Assembly: GCA_963749655.1 (NCBI GenBank) | Contig: CAVVOB010000018.1 | Coordinates: 1-64,000, forward strand | DNA length: 64,000 bases | Direction of reading: 5' to 3' | DNA from: Nitrospirota bacterium | GTDB taxonomy: Bacteria; Nitrospirota; UBA9217 | Position numbers and translations under genes: made by a program | Part shown: piece by piece, positions 44,963 to 54,518 of the stretch | How positions within the stretch are numbered: the first letter of the stretch is position 1 | How the letters are laid out: each line of letters starts with the position of its first letter | The notes under the pieces: model-generated | Seen by the model: only the letters and a program-made list of their open reading frames with translations | The model's database searches: none | Told to the model about the DNA's origin: nothing

Positions 44963-45274
44963 ATGAAACACCTGCTTGCGGTGATTATCCTCCTGTCATT
45001 CGCTGCACCCGTGCACGCGCAAATGCCTTCCGGGTTCGAACCTGTGGAAAAACCGCTCATCGAAAAGCAGCAGCTCGAGGAAGACCTGTCCAGGGACATG
45101 CAAAAACAACAGAGTGAAACGGCGAAACCCGAAGAAAAGAAAGGCTCCAACTGGTGGAAGTGGGGCCTCGGTGTCCTGCTTGTCGGCGGGATCGCCGCGG
45201 CCGCCGGCGGCGGAGGCGGTGGCGGAGGAAGCAGCAGCGGAGGCGGCAATGGGACAATCAATGTCGGCTGGTAG
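44963..45274 (+). CDS. Small exported protein with a C-terminal TM helix, Gly linker and terminal GTINVGW
   Basis: Signal peptide; KKGSNWWKWGLGVLLVGGIAAAA; G8S3G3; GGAG RBS. Confidence 0.7.
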   Translation: MKHLLAVIILLSFAAPVHAQMPSGFEPVEKPLIEKQQLEEDLSRDMQKQQSETAKPEEKKGSNWWKWGLGVLLVGGIAAAAGGGGGGGGSSSGGGNGTINVGW

Positions 45275-45329
45275 CGGACACGATGATAAACGTGAAACGA
45301 CTGTAATACTGTGCGAGGGAATATTCCAA

Positions 45330-46628
45330 ATGATTAAAAAAATATTTCTTATCACCGCGCCGCTACTCCTGATTCTTTCGGGATGTGGCGGCAATCAATC
45401 AACACAGTCTGCGGATACGGGATCTATCGCATTCAGCGTCGAGTGGCGGGGAACCGCGGCTGCTTCCTCATCCCCGGGAATCTCAAAAGCTCAGCTCGAC
45501 TGCAACGCAAGCGGAATAGCCACGGTTGAAGCGGCTGTATATGACGGCCCCACCCTCGCCGCCTCAGGCGGCCCCTGGAGCTGCTCAGCGCATGCCGGGA
45601 GCATAACGAACGTCCCCCCTGCAAATAATTACAAGGTCACCATCACAGGCAAAGACGCGAGTGGAAACATGGCAGCCTACGGAGAATTGTCCGGCCTGTC
45701 CGTTCTGGGCGGACAGACAACGAACGCCGGGGCCATTTCCGTCTCTGCTATTGCCACGATTGCTACAGGTCAGAATAAACCTTATCACATAACCACAGAC
45801 GGAACCAATGTGTATTGGACCGAGTATGACAATGGCAACGGAGCCGTAAAAAAAACGGGGATTAATGGAGGCACCGTAACACCCTTTGCATCGGGGCTGA
45901 ATACTCCCAACGGCATTGCAGTCGATGCATCTAATGTTTATTGGACTGAACAGGGCGGCTCGAAAGTCAGTATGGTGTCGCTAAACGGAGGCACCCCGAC
46001 GACCCTTGCCTCCTATCCCACCTATCCCACGATGTACAATCCAATGGGAATTGCCGTAGACTCCACAGATGTCTATTGGATAACCAGCATCCAGCCTACA
46101 GGCGCTTTATGGAAGGTGCCGATTAGCGGCGGCACCGCGACAACCATCGTCACGGGGCTGAATAATCCCTACAGCATTGCCGTCGATTCCACGAGTGTAT
46201 ATTGGACAGAGCAGAATGGCGGCACGGTAAAGAAGGCCTCAAAAGACGGTATGACCGTGACCACCCTTGCATCAGGACAGAGCGCTCCCTACGAACTTGC
46301 CATAGATACAACCAATGTCTATTGGGGCCTGTTTTCCGGCGGGGGCGTGGCAAAGGTAGGAATAGGCGGTACCGGAGGTACGGTGACGACCCTTGCAGCA
46401 GGAGGGACTCCCAATATTTATGGCGCTGGAATTGCCGTCGATGCAACGAATGTTTACTGGGTTGAGAGCACAGCAAGTACCGGAACGATAAAAAAGGTGG
46501 GGATAAACGGGGGCACAGTGACGACCCTTGCTCCGAATATGAATTTTTCCTTTGGACTTGCTGCGGATGCCACCAGCGTCTATTGGACCGAGCAGAATGT
46601 AGGAAACATAAAGAAGGTGTTTAAGTAG
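45330..46628 (+). CDS. Lipoprotein with a beta-sandwich-like N-domain and a 7-bladed YWTD-like beta-propeller
   Basis: Lipobox LSGC; seven (I/L)A(V/I)D.T.VYW.E-type repeats. Confidence 0.8.
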   Translation: MIKKIFLITAPLLLILSGCGGNQSTQSADTGSIAFSVEWRGTAAASSSPGISKAQLDCNASGIATVEAAVYDGPTLAASGGPWSCSAHAGSITNVPPANNYKVTITGKDASGNMAAYGELSGLSVLGGQTTNAGAISVSAIATIATGQNKPYHITTDGTNVYWTEYDNGNGAVKKTGINGGTVTPFASGLNTPNGIAVDASNVYWTEQGGSKVSMVSLNGGTPTTLASYPTYPTMYNPMGIAVDSTDVYWITSIQPTGALWKVPISGGTATTIVTGLNNPYSIAVDSTSVYWTEQNGGTVKKASKDGMTVTTLASGQSAPYELAIDTTNVYWGLFSGGGVAKVGIGGTGGTVTTLAAGGTPNIYGAGIAVDATNVYWVESTASTGTIKKVGINGGTVTTLAPNMNFSFGLAADATSVYWTEQNVGNIKKVFK

Positions 46629-46710
46629 AACGCGTGGATTTGCGCGCGTCAGTTCATTTTCTCCGAACCAGTCGAAACGGCGTAACATCGTGCACCCTCC
46701 AAAAGGAACT

Positions 46711-46749
46711 AAAACGACCGCAGGATAAAATCCTGCGGTCGTTTTTTTT
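46711..46749. terminator. Bidirectional intrinsic terminator
   Basis: AAAACGACCGCAGGAT/ATCCTGCGGTCGTTTT stem between convergent genes. Confidence 0.85.
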
Positions 46750-46797
46750 GCCCAGCCTCAAACACTTCCCTCGCACCGGCCGTTCAGGCGCTTCGGA

Positions 46798-47394
46798 TCA
46801 CCCGTTCAGCAGCCTCACCACGGCCATTCCGTCATCGTAATAATCGACGATATTGAGCGCGCCGAAGGATTGGTCGATCCGAAACAGGTTCATCAGGTCC
46901 ATGCCGAGAGCGTCCGCGAGGATGACCCTGTTCACTCCTCCGTGCAGCAGCATGGCGACTTCCCGGTCGTTATGGGAGTCTACCAGGCGCTTGACCACGG
47001 GCAGTATCCGGTCCTGCACATCCATCAGGTTCTCGCCTCCCGGCGGGCGAAAATTGAGGAGGTCCGCGCGCCATAATGCGTAGTCCCGCGGGAACCGGTC
47101 CTTTATCTCGTCGGCAGTAAGGCCCTCCCAGCTGCCTACACTCCGCTCCCGGAGCTCGCGCAGGGACGTTACAGGCGCACTGCATTTCTCAGCGATAATC
47201 CGTGCGCCTTTTACTGAACGGATAAGATCGCTGGAGTAAACGGCGGCGATTTTTTTGCCCGAGAGGAGGTCTGCAAGGCGGTGCATCTGGTGAAGGCCGT
47301 TCTCGGTGATGTCGACATCGATGTGGCCGTTATACCGTCTTTCCGGACCGTTGGCTACTTCACCATGCCGCATCAGGTAGACGGTGGTCGGCAT
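46798..47394 (-). CDS. cobC: Alpha-ribazole phosphatase (histidine phosphatase)
   Basis: RHG, SSDL.R, ELRE...G.WEG, HGGVNR; follows cobU-cobS. Confidence 0.85.
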   Translation of the reverse strand: MPTTVYLMRHGEVANGPERRYNGHIDVDITENGLHQMHRLADLLSGKKIAAVYSSDLIRSVKGARIIAEKCSAPVTSLRELRERSVGSWEGLTADEIKDRFPRDYALWRADLLNFRPPGGENLMDVQDRILPVVKRLVDSHNDREVAMLLHGGVNRVILADALGMDLMNLFRIDQSFGALNIVDYYDDGMAVVRLLNG

Positions 47395-47397
47395 GCG

Positions 47398-48168
47398 CTA
47401 CGCCCCGTTCGCGAGAGTGACAAAAACGAGGAAGACCAGCACTTCATTGAGCTCGTTCATCGCCCCGATAGCATCGCCGGTTACGCCGCCCAGTTTGCGG
47501 ATCAGATACCGTTTTCCGGTGTAGGTCATCAGCGCGACGCTGCACAGCAGGACCGCGAAAAGGACCACGGTCCGGATGTCGATCCGCAGGATCACAAAGG
47601 CTGATAGCCCCGCGGCCAGAAGGGAAACCGCGACCAGTCCGCTGGAACGCAGATGCCCGACGAAGGCCTTGCCCATGCCGTTGTCGCGGCCGTAGTCGGC
47701 ATTGAACACCATGAATGCCTGGGACCACCTGCCCAGCACCGGAGCAGTCAAAAGCGCAGGTACCCGGTCGCCTTCGAACAGATTATTGAGGCAGAGATAT
47801 TTCATGAACAGGACGCAGACGATGCCGACTGCTCCGGCAGTGCCGATCCTGCTGTCCTTCATAATGGCGAGACGCGTCTCGTGGCTGCGCCCGCCCATGA
47901 GTCCGTCAAGCGTGTCGGCCAGGCCGTCGATATGCAGTGCCCGCGTGATCACCAGCGAAAGAATAACGAGCAGGAATGTGGCGACCGTCTGGGGCAGCGC
48001 GATCAGGGCAAAAAGTTTGTCTGCATTGACCAGAAGAAACCCTATCAAAAAACCGACGAAGGGGAAGTAGACAATAGATTTGGCCATGTCGCCTTCCTCG
48101 ATTATATGCTTCTTATTCACGGTAAAGATAGTTAAAAACTGCAAGGCGGTCGTAAAATTTTTAATCAT
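47398..48168 (-). CDS. cobS: Adenosylcobinamide-GDP ribazoletransferase
   Basis: ALQFLT, LHIDGLADTLDG, IMKDSRIG, GGVTGDAIGA..E. Confidence 0.95.
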   Translation of the reverse strand: MIKNFTTALQFLTIFTVNKKHIIEEGDMAKSIVYFPFVGFLIGFLLVNADKLFALIALPQTVATFLLVILSLVITRALHIDGLADTLDGLMGGRSHETRLAIMKDSRIGTAGAVGIVCVLFMKYLCLNNLFEGDRVPALLTAPVLGRWSQAFMVFNADYGRDNGMGKAFVGHLRSSGLVAVSLLAAGLSAFVILRIDIRTVVLFAVLLCSVALMTYTGKRYLIRKLGGVTGDAIGAMNELNEVLVFLVFVTLANGA

Positions 48169-48208
48169 TCTTCCTCGTCCTTCACTCTTTCCAGCATGCG
48201 CTGTTTTC

Positions 48209-48733
48209 TTATTTGATCTTCACCGGGATGCCTGATGCCGTAAAGTAGACCTCATCGGCGGCCTGCGCCACCTTCTGGTTCACCGTACCGGCGGCATCGC
48301 GGAATTTCCTGGCCAAGGGGTTGTCGGGCACGATGCCGAGTCCGACCTCATTGGAAACGACGATGCAGACGCCCCGGAACTCCCGGATGGCCTTCACCAG
48401 CGCCTCGGTGCGGCCAAGGAGGGGACCGTCGCCGTCGGTGTGCGCCATGACATTGCTCAACCAGAGCGTCAGGCAGTCGAGGAGGACGACCTCGTATCTG
48501 CCGCTCAGCTTTTGCAGCAGTTCATCTACGGCCAGGGGCTCTTCATAGGTGTCCCAGGCAGCGCCGCGGTCCTTGCGGTGCTTGTCGATCCGCGCCGCCA
48601 TCTCGGCGTCGAGGGCCTGCGCGGTGGCGAGATAGGCCCGCTTCCCGGGGATGCCCGTTGCCAGTTTCTCTGCAAAGGCTGACTTTCCGGACCGGGCCCC
48701 GCCCGTAATGAAATAAATTTTTTCTGCCATCAT
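48209..48733 (-). CDS. cobU: Bifunctional cobinamide kinase / cobinamide-phosphate guanylyltransferase
   Basis: GGARSGKS.FAE, DCLTLWLSN, VSNEVGLGIVP, FRD.AG.VNQ. Confidence 0.95.
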   Translation of the reverse strand: MMAEKIYFITGGARSGKSAFAEKLATGIPGKRAYLATAQALDAEMAARIDKHRKDRGAAWDTYEEPLAVDELLQKLSGRYEVVLLDCLTLWLSNVMAHTDGDGPLLGRTEALVKAIREFRGVCIVVSNEVGLGIVPDNPLARKFRDAAGTVNQKVAQAADEVYFTASGIPVKIK

Positions 48734-49164
48734 TCACTTTCACGCAAGACAAAAAACCCCACCACAATAAAACGGGCAGGGGTCAAACGCCGGAGTTTCA
48801 GCATCAAATTGAGCGGGCAAGGGGTCTTGGACCCGCAGTCCCCCTCGACCCAATCGGATAATAAAACAAAGAGTTCGGCAAAGTCAAGCGTTCATTTTCG
48901 GACGCTCGGCGAAGCCTTCCGGCAAATGGCGTCATGATTTCCCCATCTCTGTGTTCAAGCTCATCGAGCATCTTCCCAAGCCGTTTTTCACGAGTTGTAT
49001 TCATTTTCACGCGCTGACCCGGCAATAAACCAACTTGACCTATTCATCCAAATAAGATATTATTTCTCGGTTCTTTCAGCATGATCTTCCCTGGTCCCTG
49101 ATCATCCTTGCCGTTCAACTTCTGCCGTTGCAGAGACTGACATTCCCCCTCCAATGAGGACACC

Positions 49165-49881
49165 ATGACCGTGCCACGAGACATCGACTCTTTAAAGGTC
49201 AGCATCATCATTCCCTGTTTTAACGAGAAACAGACCATCGAATCCCTGATTTCCGCCGTTCGATCGTCTCCTGTCAAGCGCCAGGAAATCATTATCGTTG
49301 ATGATTGCTCGACAGATGGAACGCAGGACGTTCTCAAAAACACGATACTCCCCTTGGTCCATACCATCATCTACCACGATAAAAATCAGGGGAAAGGGGC
49401 TGCCCTGCGAACAGGCATCGCCGCGGCCACAGGTGATATCGTGATCATTCAAGACGCCGACCTTGAATATGATCCGAATGAATATCACCTTTTGCTCGAG
49501 CCCTTTCTTCAGGGAAAGGCGGATGTGGTATTCGGTTCGCGCTTCATGGGCGGCAGACCCCACCGCGTGGTTTATTACTGGCATTCCCTGGGGAACTGGC
49601 TGCTTACGACGCTCTCGAATATGTTCACCAACATCAATCTTACGGATATGGAGACATGCTATAAGGCCTTTCGACGGGAAATCATACAGTCGATTCGCAT
49701 CGAAGAGGACCGCTTCGGCTTTGAGCCGGAAATAACCGCGAAAGTGGCAAAAATGAATTGCAGAATCTATGAGGTCGGTATTTCCTACTATGGGCGCACG
49801 TACGCTGAAGGGAAGAAGACCGGCTGGAAGGACGGCTTTCGGGCACTGTACGGAATTCTGAAATATAATCTATTCAGATAG
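49165..49881 (+). CDS. GT2 glycosyltransferase (DPM1-like)
   Basis: [47 protein letters not shown]. Confidence 0.93.
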   Translation: MTVPRDIDSLKVSIIIPCFNEKQTIESLISAVRSSPVKRQEIIIVDDCSTDGTQDVLKNTILPLVHTIIYHDKNQGKGAALRTGIAAATGDIVIIQDADLEYDPNEYHLLLEPFLQGKADVVFGSRFMGGRPHRVVYYWHSLGNWLLTTLSNMFTNINLTDMETCYKAFRREIIQSIRIEEDRFGFEPEITAKVAKMNCRIYEVGISYYGRTYAEGKKTGWKDGFRALYGILKYNLFR

Positions 49882-50204
49882 TGTTGACAACCCGGCGAGG
49901 GAACACCCTCTACTCCCCCCGGGTTAAGGGTAGTTCTTCTTAAATCGTCAAGCGGTTCGTCTTTCGTGACCAATTGATCCCTCCGTTGTGGTCGGGTATT
50001 CACTCTTGCCGCTTACACAAATTATTCTGCAAACATATACGGAGTTTGGCAACCCTTCAACAAACGCTTGTCAGGAAATACTACCCGAATAAAGCCTCGG
50101 CACTCGTTGTTCTAAATATTTTTGACAGAAAAGGGACAAGGATTGCGTCAGTGATGCAGCGAAATGACCGAAAAGAGACAAGGGAGTTGGTTCCCGTAAT
50201 GCGA

Positions 50205-50978
50205 TTACTTGAACAGTTTCTTAGCTTCCTTTGACTGCAGAAAGTCGATGATCTTCTTAAGGCTCTCCGTCGGCTCGTTTTTAGTGATGATGCAGAGTTG
50301 ACGCTTGAGCGGCGGTGTGCTCACCACCTTCAGCCCCTTGACGTTCTTCACGAATCCTTCCGACAACAGCGCGATGGCAATGGGAGAAGTGGCCACGAGG
50401 TCGACTGCCTCGCGGTCGGTCACCGTGACATAGGCGTTCGCTGCAAAGGCGGCGCCTTCCATGAGAGAATCCTGGATCACCGAGCGCGTACCCGAGCTCT
50501 GCGGCGGTATGATGACTACGATGCGGTCGTCCGGACCGCCCACATCCTTCCAGTTCGTTATCATCCCGCTATGGATGTTCGCAAGCTGCTCCCTGGTCAG
50601 TTTTTTCACTTTGTTGCGCGCATTCACGATTGCAACGATCTGGTCCTGGGCGATCACGTGTTCCCGATACGTGCCTTCGGTGGGGACCCCGGTCTCCTGG
50701 AAGGCAAGTGCGAGCGGGCAGTCGGAGGTTGCTGCGCCGGCAGTTCCCGCCATCAGGTCTTTCATGCCCCGAATCGTTTCGGCTCCTATCACATCGATCG
50801 CAACGCCGGCCTTCTTTTCCATTGCCTTCTTTGCCGGATCAAGGATGCGCTTCTGCATCGTTGACGAGCCTGACAAGACCAGCGGTTCTGCGTGTGCGTT
50901 GCCGGTGATGGCGAGGACAAGCACTATGGTCGCTGCGACGTTCCTTATTAATAATCGTTTTCCCGGCCAGCAGATCAT
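50205..50978 (-). CDS. PstS-like periplasmic binding protein (solitary)
   Basis: SGSSTM, IHSG.ITNWKDVGG.D, SSGTR. Confidence 0.75.
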   Translation of the reverse strand: MICWPGKRLLIRNVAATIVLVLAITGNAHAEPLVLSGSSTMQKRILDPAKKAMEKKAGVAIDVIGAETIRGMKDLMAGTAGAATSDCPLALAFQETGVPTEGTYREHVIAQDQIVAIVNARNKVKKLTREQLANIHSGMITNWKDVGGPDDRIVVIIPPQSSGTRSVIQDSLMEGAAFAANAYVTVTDREAVDLVATSPIAIALLSEGFVKNVKGLKVVSTPPLKRQLCIITKNEPTESLKKIIDFLQSKEAKKLFK

Positions 50979-51859
50979 TTCGACAGCTCCGATTTCAGAC
51001 TTGCCATGAGGTCCGCCGTTGCCTCATCGACCAGTGCGGTAAAAGCGTGCGGTACCTTCTTCTTCGGGTCGGAAAGATCGATGTTCTTTGCTGAGACCGC
51101 CTCCTTGCCCGAGCCGCTGTAGAGGGGGAGCAGGTCGCGCGACGGCGAACTTCCGATGATGGGACGGTCGCCTGTGTCCACGACGATCCTTCCGCTCTTG
51201 TCCACGACCACGAGAGAAGCCGACAGGGCCAGCAGGCCGTCGGTCCGCTCATCAGTTACGATAAAGGCGTTCGGCCGGGGATGAGTGATGGTGCACCGCA
51301 CCTGGACAAAGACAACGGCATCGACCTGCAGAGCAGTGCAAAGCTTTCCAGCCTGATCAAGGAGCAGGGTGCGGATTGCCGGGTCCACCCGGGATTGCCG
51401 CTCATCAGATGCCAGGACTTCACGGGGAATGACCGGCAGCCCCTCCGCTCCGATGAACCGCTCTTGCCACGTCGAAATTGTCGCGCGAACCGCTTCCCGT
51501 ACCCGCTTCTGCTCGTTTATCTCAGGGAACAGGCCGGAAAGGTCCATGAGTGATACATTCCCCAGGAACAGAGCCGCTTTTCCGCCGTCTATGGCAGCGG
51601 AGTCAATCATCTTCCAGGGCCGCAGACCAGCCAGTCCTGTCCGTATCTGCGCAGCAGCATGGTCGACCGCTGCCTGCAGGACCTTTCGGTTTGCCTCATG
51701 CGCTGTGTCGGCAACACGCGGCATCACCGTGCTCACCAAGGCGATGCTGCCTGTCGCATCCAGAACGTCGCGGCGCACGAGCCTGCCGCTGCAGCCGCTT
51801 GCAAGCAGGGCCGCAACGATCAGTAGCAGAATTGAATAGCGTACTCTTTTTGGGAACAT
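50975..51859 (-). CDS. Hypothetical lipoprotein
   Basis: Lipobox LASGC; 294-aa ORF overlapping the next gene by 4 nt. Confidence 0.65.
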   Translation of the reverse strand: MFPKRVRYSILLLIVAALLASGCSGRLVRRDVLDATGSIALVSTVMPRVADTAHEANRKVLQAAVDHAAAQIRTGLAGLRPWKMIDSAAIDGGKAALFLGNVSLMDLSGLFPEINEQKRVREAVRATISTWQERFIGAEGLPVIPREVLASDERQSRVDPAIRTLLLDQAGKLCTALQVDAVVFVQVRCTITHPRPNAFIVTDERTDGLLALSASLVVVDKSGRIVVDTGDRPIIGSSPSRDLLPLYSGSGKEAVSAKNIDLSDPKKKVPHAFTALVDEATADLMASLKSELSK

Positions 51860-52129
51860 AATATTTCCTTTCCGTATGGAAGGAGTATAGATTATTATCC
51901 CAGGGAGGTAAAGAAAAAAAATGGGGTATTTTTGGGGTATGCAGGAAAAAATGGTTATTCGTAATTTTTGGCGGAGCTTTTTATAAAGTACAAAATATCA
52001 AGAACTTATCAGGATTTCAGTCTTCAAGACTGGGGCCTCGAAGAGGACAAATTTATGCCCCTCCTAGAGAGTTTTCGGTCGAAATCGGGAGAATTGAACG
52101 TGAAGTGTCGGGCGGATCGGAGAACAGTC

Positions 52130-52163
52130 GAAAAAAAATCCGTGAGATAAGGCCCACGGATCT
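52130..52163 (-). terminator. Intrinsic terminator downstream of the tRNA 3' fragment
   Basis: Minus strand ATCCGTGGG-CCTTAT-CTCACGGAT followed by a T-tract. Confidence 0.7.
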
Positions 52164-52176
52164 TTATCATAAAAAA

Positions 52177-52200
52177 TGGAGCGGGCGACGGGTTTCGAAC
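52177..52200 (-). other. att site: 24-nt 3' fragment of a tRNA-Gly-like gene
   Basis: Minus strand GTTCGAAACCCGTCGCCCGCTCCA (T-loop, acceptor strand, CCA) with no 5' half; IHF consensus AATCAAAAGGTTA at 52252-52264. Confidence 0.8.
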
Positions 52201-52338
52201 GTGTAGCACCTTCTCCGAAAGACTCAAACATACGAACCCCAAAAGATAATAAATCAAAAGGTTAGCTTTGTCAATCTTGCTGTAGTGTTGCAAAAATTCA
52301 TCGGACAAGAGTCGGACAGACGGCCAGGAAAGGTAATT

Positions 52339-53082
52339 ATGCCTGCAGACGATATCAGGGTAAAGCTATCGTTTTTCAATAACATCAAAACCCGACGGAT
52401 CGTAGCAATATACGGGATCGAGGGCGCCGTTTCCATTATTAAGCTTTGGATCTATTCTGCACAGTTTGCGCAAAAGGGCGACCTTACCGACTTCGATGAA
52501 GTAGAATGGAAAGCTGCTACCGGTCGTGATAGCGATTGTATGGCGTTTGTAAACGACTTGTATAAGCCTGGTATGAATTTTCTCGATAAGGACAAAAAGG
52601 GGCGCACTTTACTGCATGATTGGAAGGAGCATCAGGGTTTTGTTTTTCACTCTGATGTGAGGTCGAGGATAGCAAGAAAGAACATAGAAAAACGATGGAA
52701 GTCCGTAAAAACAAAAAAGAAAAAAGATAATACGGATAGGATACCATCCGTATCAGAATCGAATACCATGGGTAATTCTCCTTCTCCTCTTCCTCTTCCT
52801 CTTCCTCTTCCTTCTCCAAAAGGTAGGGGGCAACGCGCATCGAAACCTGAACGCATATCGTTTGAAAAAGCGGAAACCGCCTGGAAGCAATTCGAAAAAG
52901 TGCTCACGTCGGACAACGTGAGGGTCGTGATCAAAGACGATCTGTCGCGTAAGATATTCTTCGACCTGGGCGGGAAGGATCGGATCATGGAGCTTCTCAG
53001 TCAGAATGGGGATCGTTTGAAAGCAGAGTTCGTCACGCGGTATTCGGTCTTGGAAGTTGCTCAATTCAGGGCAGCAGTTTAA
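52339..53082 (+). CDS. Phage replication initiator / replisome-organiser-like protein
   Basis: N-terminal FF...KTRR....YG.EG....IKLW helical domain, HDW.EHQ, ARKNIEKRW, SPSPLPLPLPLPSP linker typical of phage O-like proteins. Confidence 0.6.
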   Translation: MPADDIRVKLSFFNNIKTRRIVAIYGIEGAVSIIKLWIYSAQFAQKGDLTDFDEVEWKAATGRDSDCMAFVNDLYKPGMNFLDKDKKGRTLLHDWKEHQGFVFHSDVRSRIARKNIEKRWKSVKTKKKKDNTDRIPSVSESNTMGNSPSPLPLPLPLPSPKGRGQRASKPERISFEKAETAWKQFEKVLTSDNVRVVIKDDLSRKIFFDLGGKDRIMELLSQNGDRLKAEFVTRYSVLEVAQFRAAV

Positions 53083-53540
53083 TTTTATGCGGGCAGTACT
53101 TCACAAAAAACAGATTCTAAGAATATATTTTTTTATTCTCTGTTTATCGTTTTCGTCTGCGTCAGCGTTGTTCAAGGTTATTATTCTGTCGATGGTCTGT
53201 ATTGGGTGGGTCGTCTCGTGAGGGGATTTCAGTCGGAATTCAGTCGGAAGTGTACCGCATTTAATTATTAAATTGTGCGGTATCTCGTTTGAGGCGTTCA
53301 CAACTTCAATGAGTTACATGGGTTGTTTGCTCAGTATTGTGCGGTTATTTTTTATTTTGATGAGGGTGGGGCGATCCCCAGGCCCACCCCCCTTGAAAAA
53401 TATTTGATCTGTTCGCGGGAATGCCCCTCACTGTTGGTTATAAATTGGGGTGTATTCTAAAACCCCTTTCGTTATTGGTCTAAATTGTTTTTTTTGATTC
53501 TCAGTCTTGGAAAAGTGGGGGGCCGGGGGGAGCGCAAATC

Positions 53541-54518
53541 ATGATCAACATTGACTTGAAACTGGTTGAGAAACACATGATGGACCTGAGGAGACTGACA
53601 GCAGCCTCATGCAAACGGTATCTCGCCTGCATCGCGGAGTTCGTCGATTATCGCCGCCAGAATGCGCAGGACGGCGATATGAGCAAAATAACGGGGCAGG
53701 ACATTACGGACTACCTGGCATGGTGTGCGAGCCGTGGAAATGGAAACCAGCGGCGCCGTTTCAAGCTCAGCGCTCTTCAGGCTTTTTTTTTCGTCCTGAC
53801 TCATGTCGGGATCATCGCAAGCGATCCAACCGCCGATATCCGCAGGCCGAAACCCAACAATGACCTGACGCACTTTTTCACGCGCGGAGAGATCTTGAAA
53901 ATGTTCACCGGTTTCCATGTCTCCATCGAGAAAGATATCCGGGACGCGGTTTTTCTAATCATGGGGGCCATGGCGGGATTGCGCGTCAGTGAGATCACCG
54001 GGTTCAACATCGATCATGCCGCGGACGACGGAAAGTGCATCGTCCTTCGTATCGTAAATACACGCGACGGGGGGGACCGCTCTGTTTCGCTCTGGCAGGA
54101 TCCGAGCTCCGTCGTACGAATGCTGCTTCGCGCGCGCCTGGCCCAGGTCGCCGGGAAAGGCGATCCGCTCCTGACGAGTTACAGGAAAGACGGCCGCCCT
54201 CGAGGCAACCGTCGCTTGACGCACGTCGCCTGCGAGAGGCTCCTGAAAAATCTTGCGAACCATGCAGGGATCCGGAAGCCCGTGATCACACCCACCGCGC
54301 TCCGCACTACCCATATCCGGGACCTGCAGCAGATCGTCGGCTACGACACACCGGAGATCAAGAAGCGTCTCGGCTGGGTTCAACTCAACTCCGCGGCCCG
54401 TTACTTTGAGCTGGGAAATAAAGTTCGCCGGCGGTACATCGGGCTCCGGGAGTACTGGGCCGATTTCAAATCGGTACCGATCGTCGAGAGCTGTAGATCA
54501 AGGAGGATATCCCGTTGA
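53541..54518 (+). CDS. Tyrosine recombinase paralogue A (degenerate active site)
   Basis: Core-binding N-domain; GLRVSE, TALR in place of HxLR, LGW, AARYF. Confidence 0.85.
   Translation: MINIDLKLVEKHMMDLRRLTAASCKRYLACIAEFVDYRRQNAQDGDMSKITGQDITDYLAWCASRGNGNQRRRFKLSALQAFFFVLTHVGIIASDPTADIRRPKPNNDLTHFFTRGEILKMFTGFHVSIEKDIRDAVFLIMGAMAGLRVSEITGFNIDHAADDGKCIVLRIVNTRDGGDRSVSLWQDPSSVVRMLLRARLAQVAGKGDPLLTSYRKDGRPRGNRRLTHVACERLLKNLANHAGIRKPVITPTALRTTHIRDLQQIVGYDTPEIKKRLGWVQLNSAARYFELGNKVRRRYIGLREYWADFKSVPIVESCRSRRISR

Noticed and set aside
45760-46628. Diversity-generating retroelement or shufflon target in the repeat-rich lipoprotein
   Set aside because: The repeats are diverged propeller blades; there is no reverse transcriptase, template/variable repeat pair or inverted cassette.
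48734-49160. Cobalamin riboswitch upstream of cobU
   Set aside because: No recognisable B12-box or GGGAA...GCCACTG core on the minus strand; only a weak terminator-like hairpin.
52177-52260. Complete tRNA gene
   Set aside because: Only the T-loop and acceptor 3' strand are present; the adjacent sequence does not form anticodon or D arms.
52778-52817. CCTCTT microsatellite as a phase-variation tract
   Set aside because: The 6-bp unit is in frame and encodes the Pro-Leu linker common in phage replication proteins.
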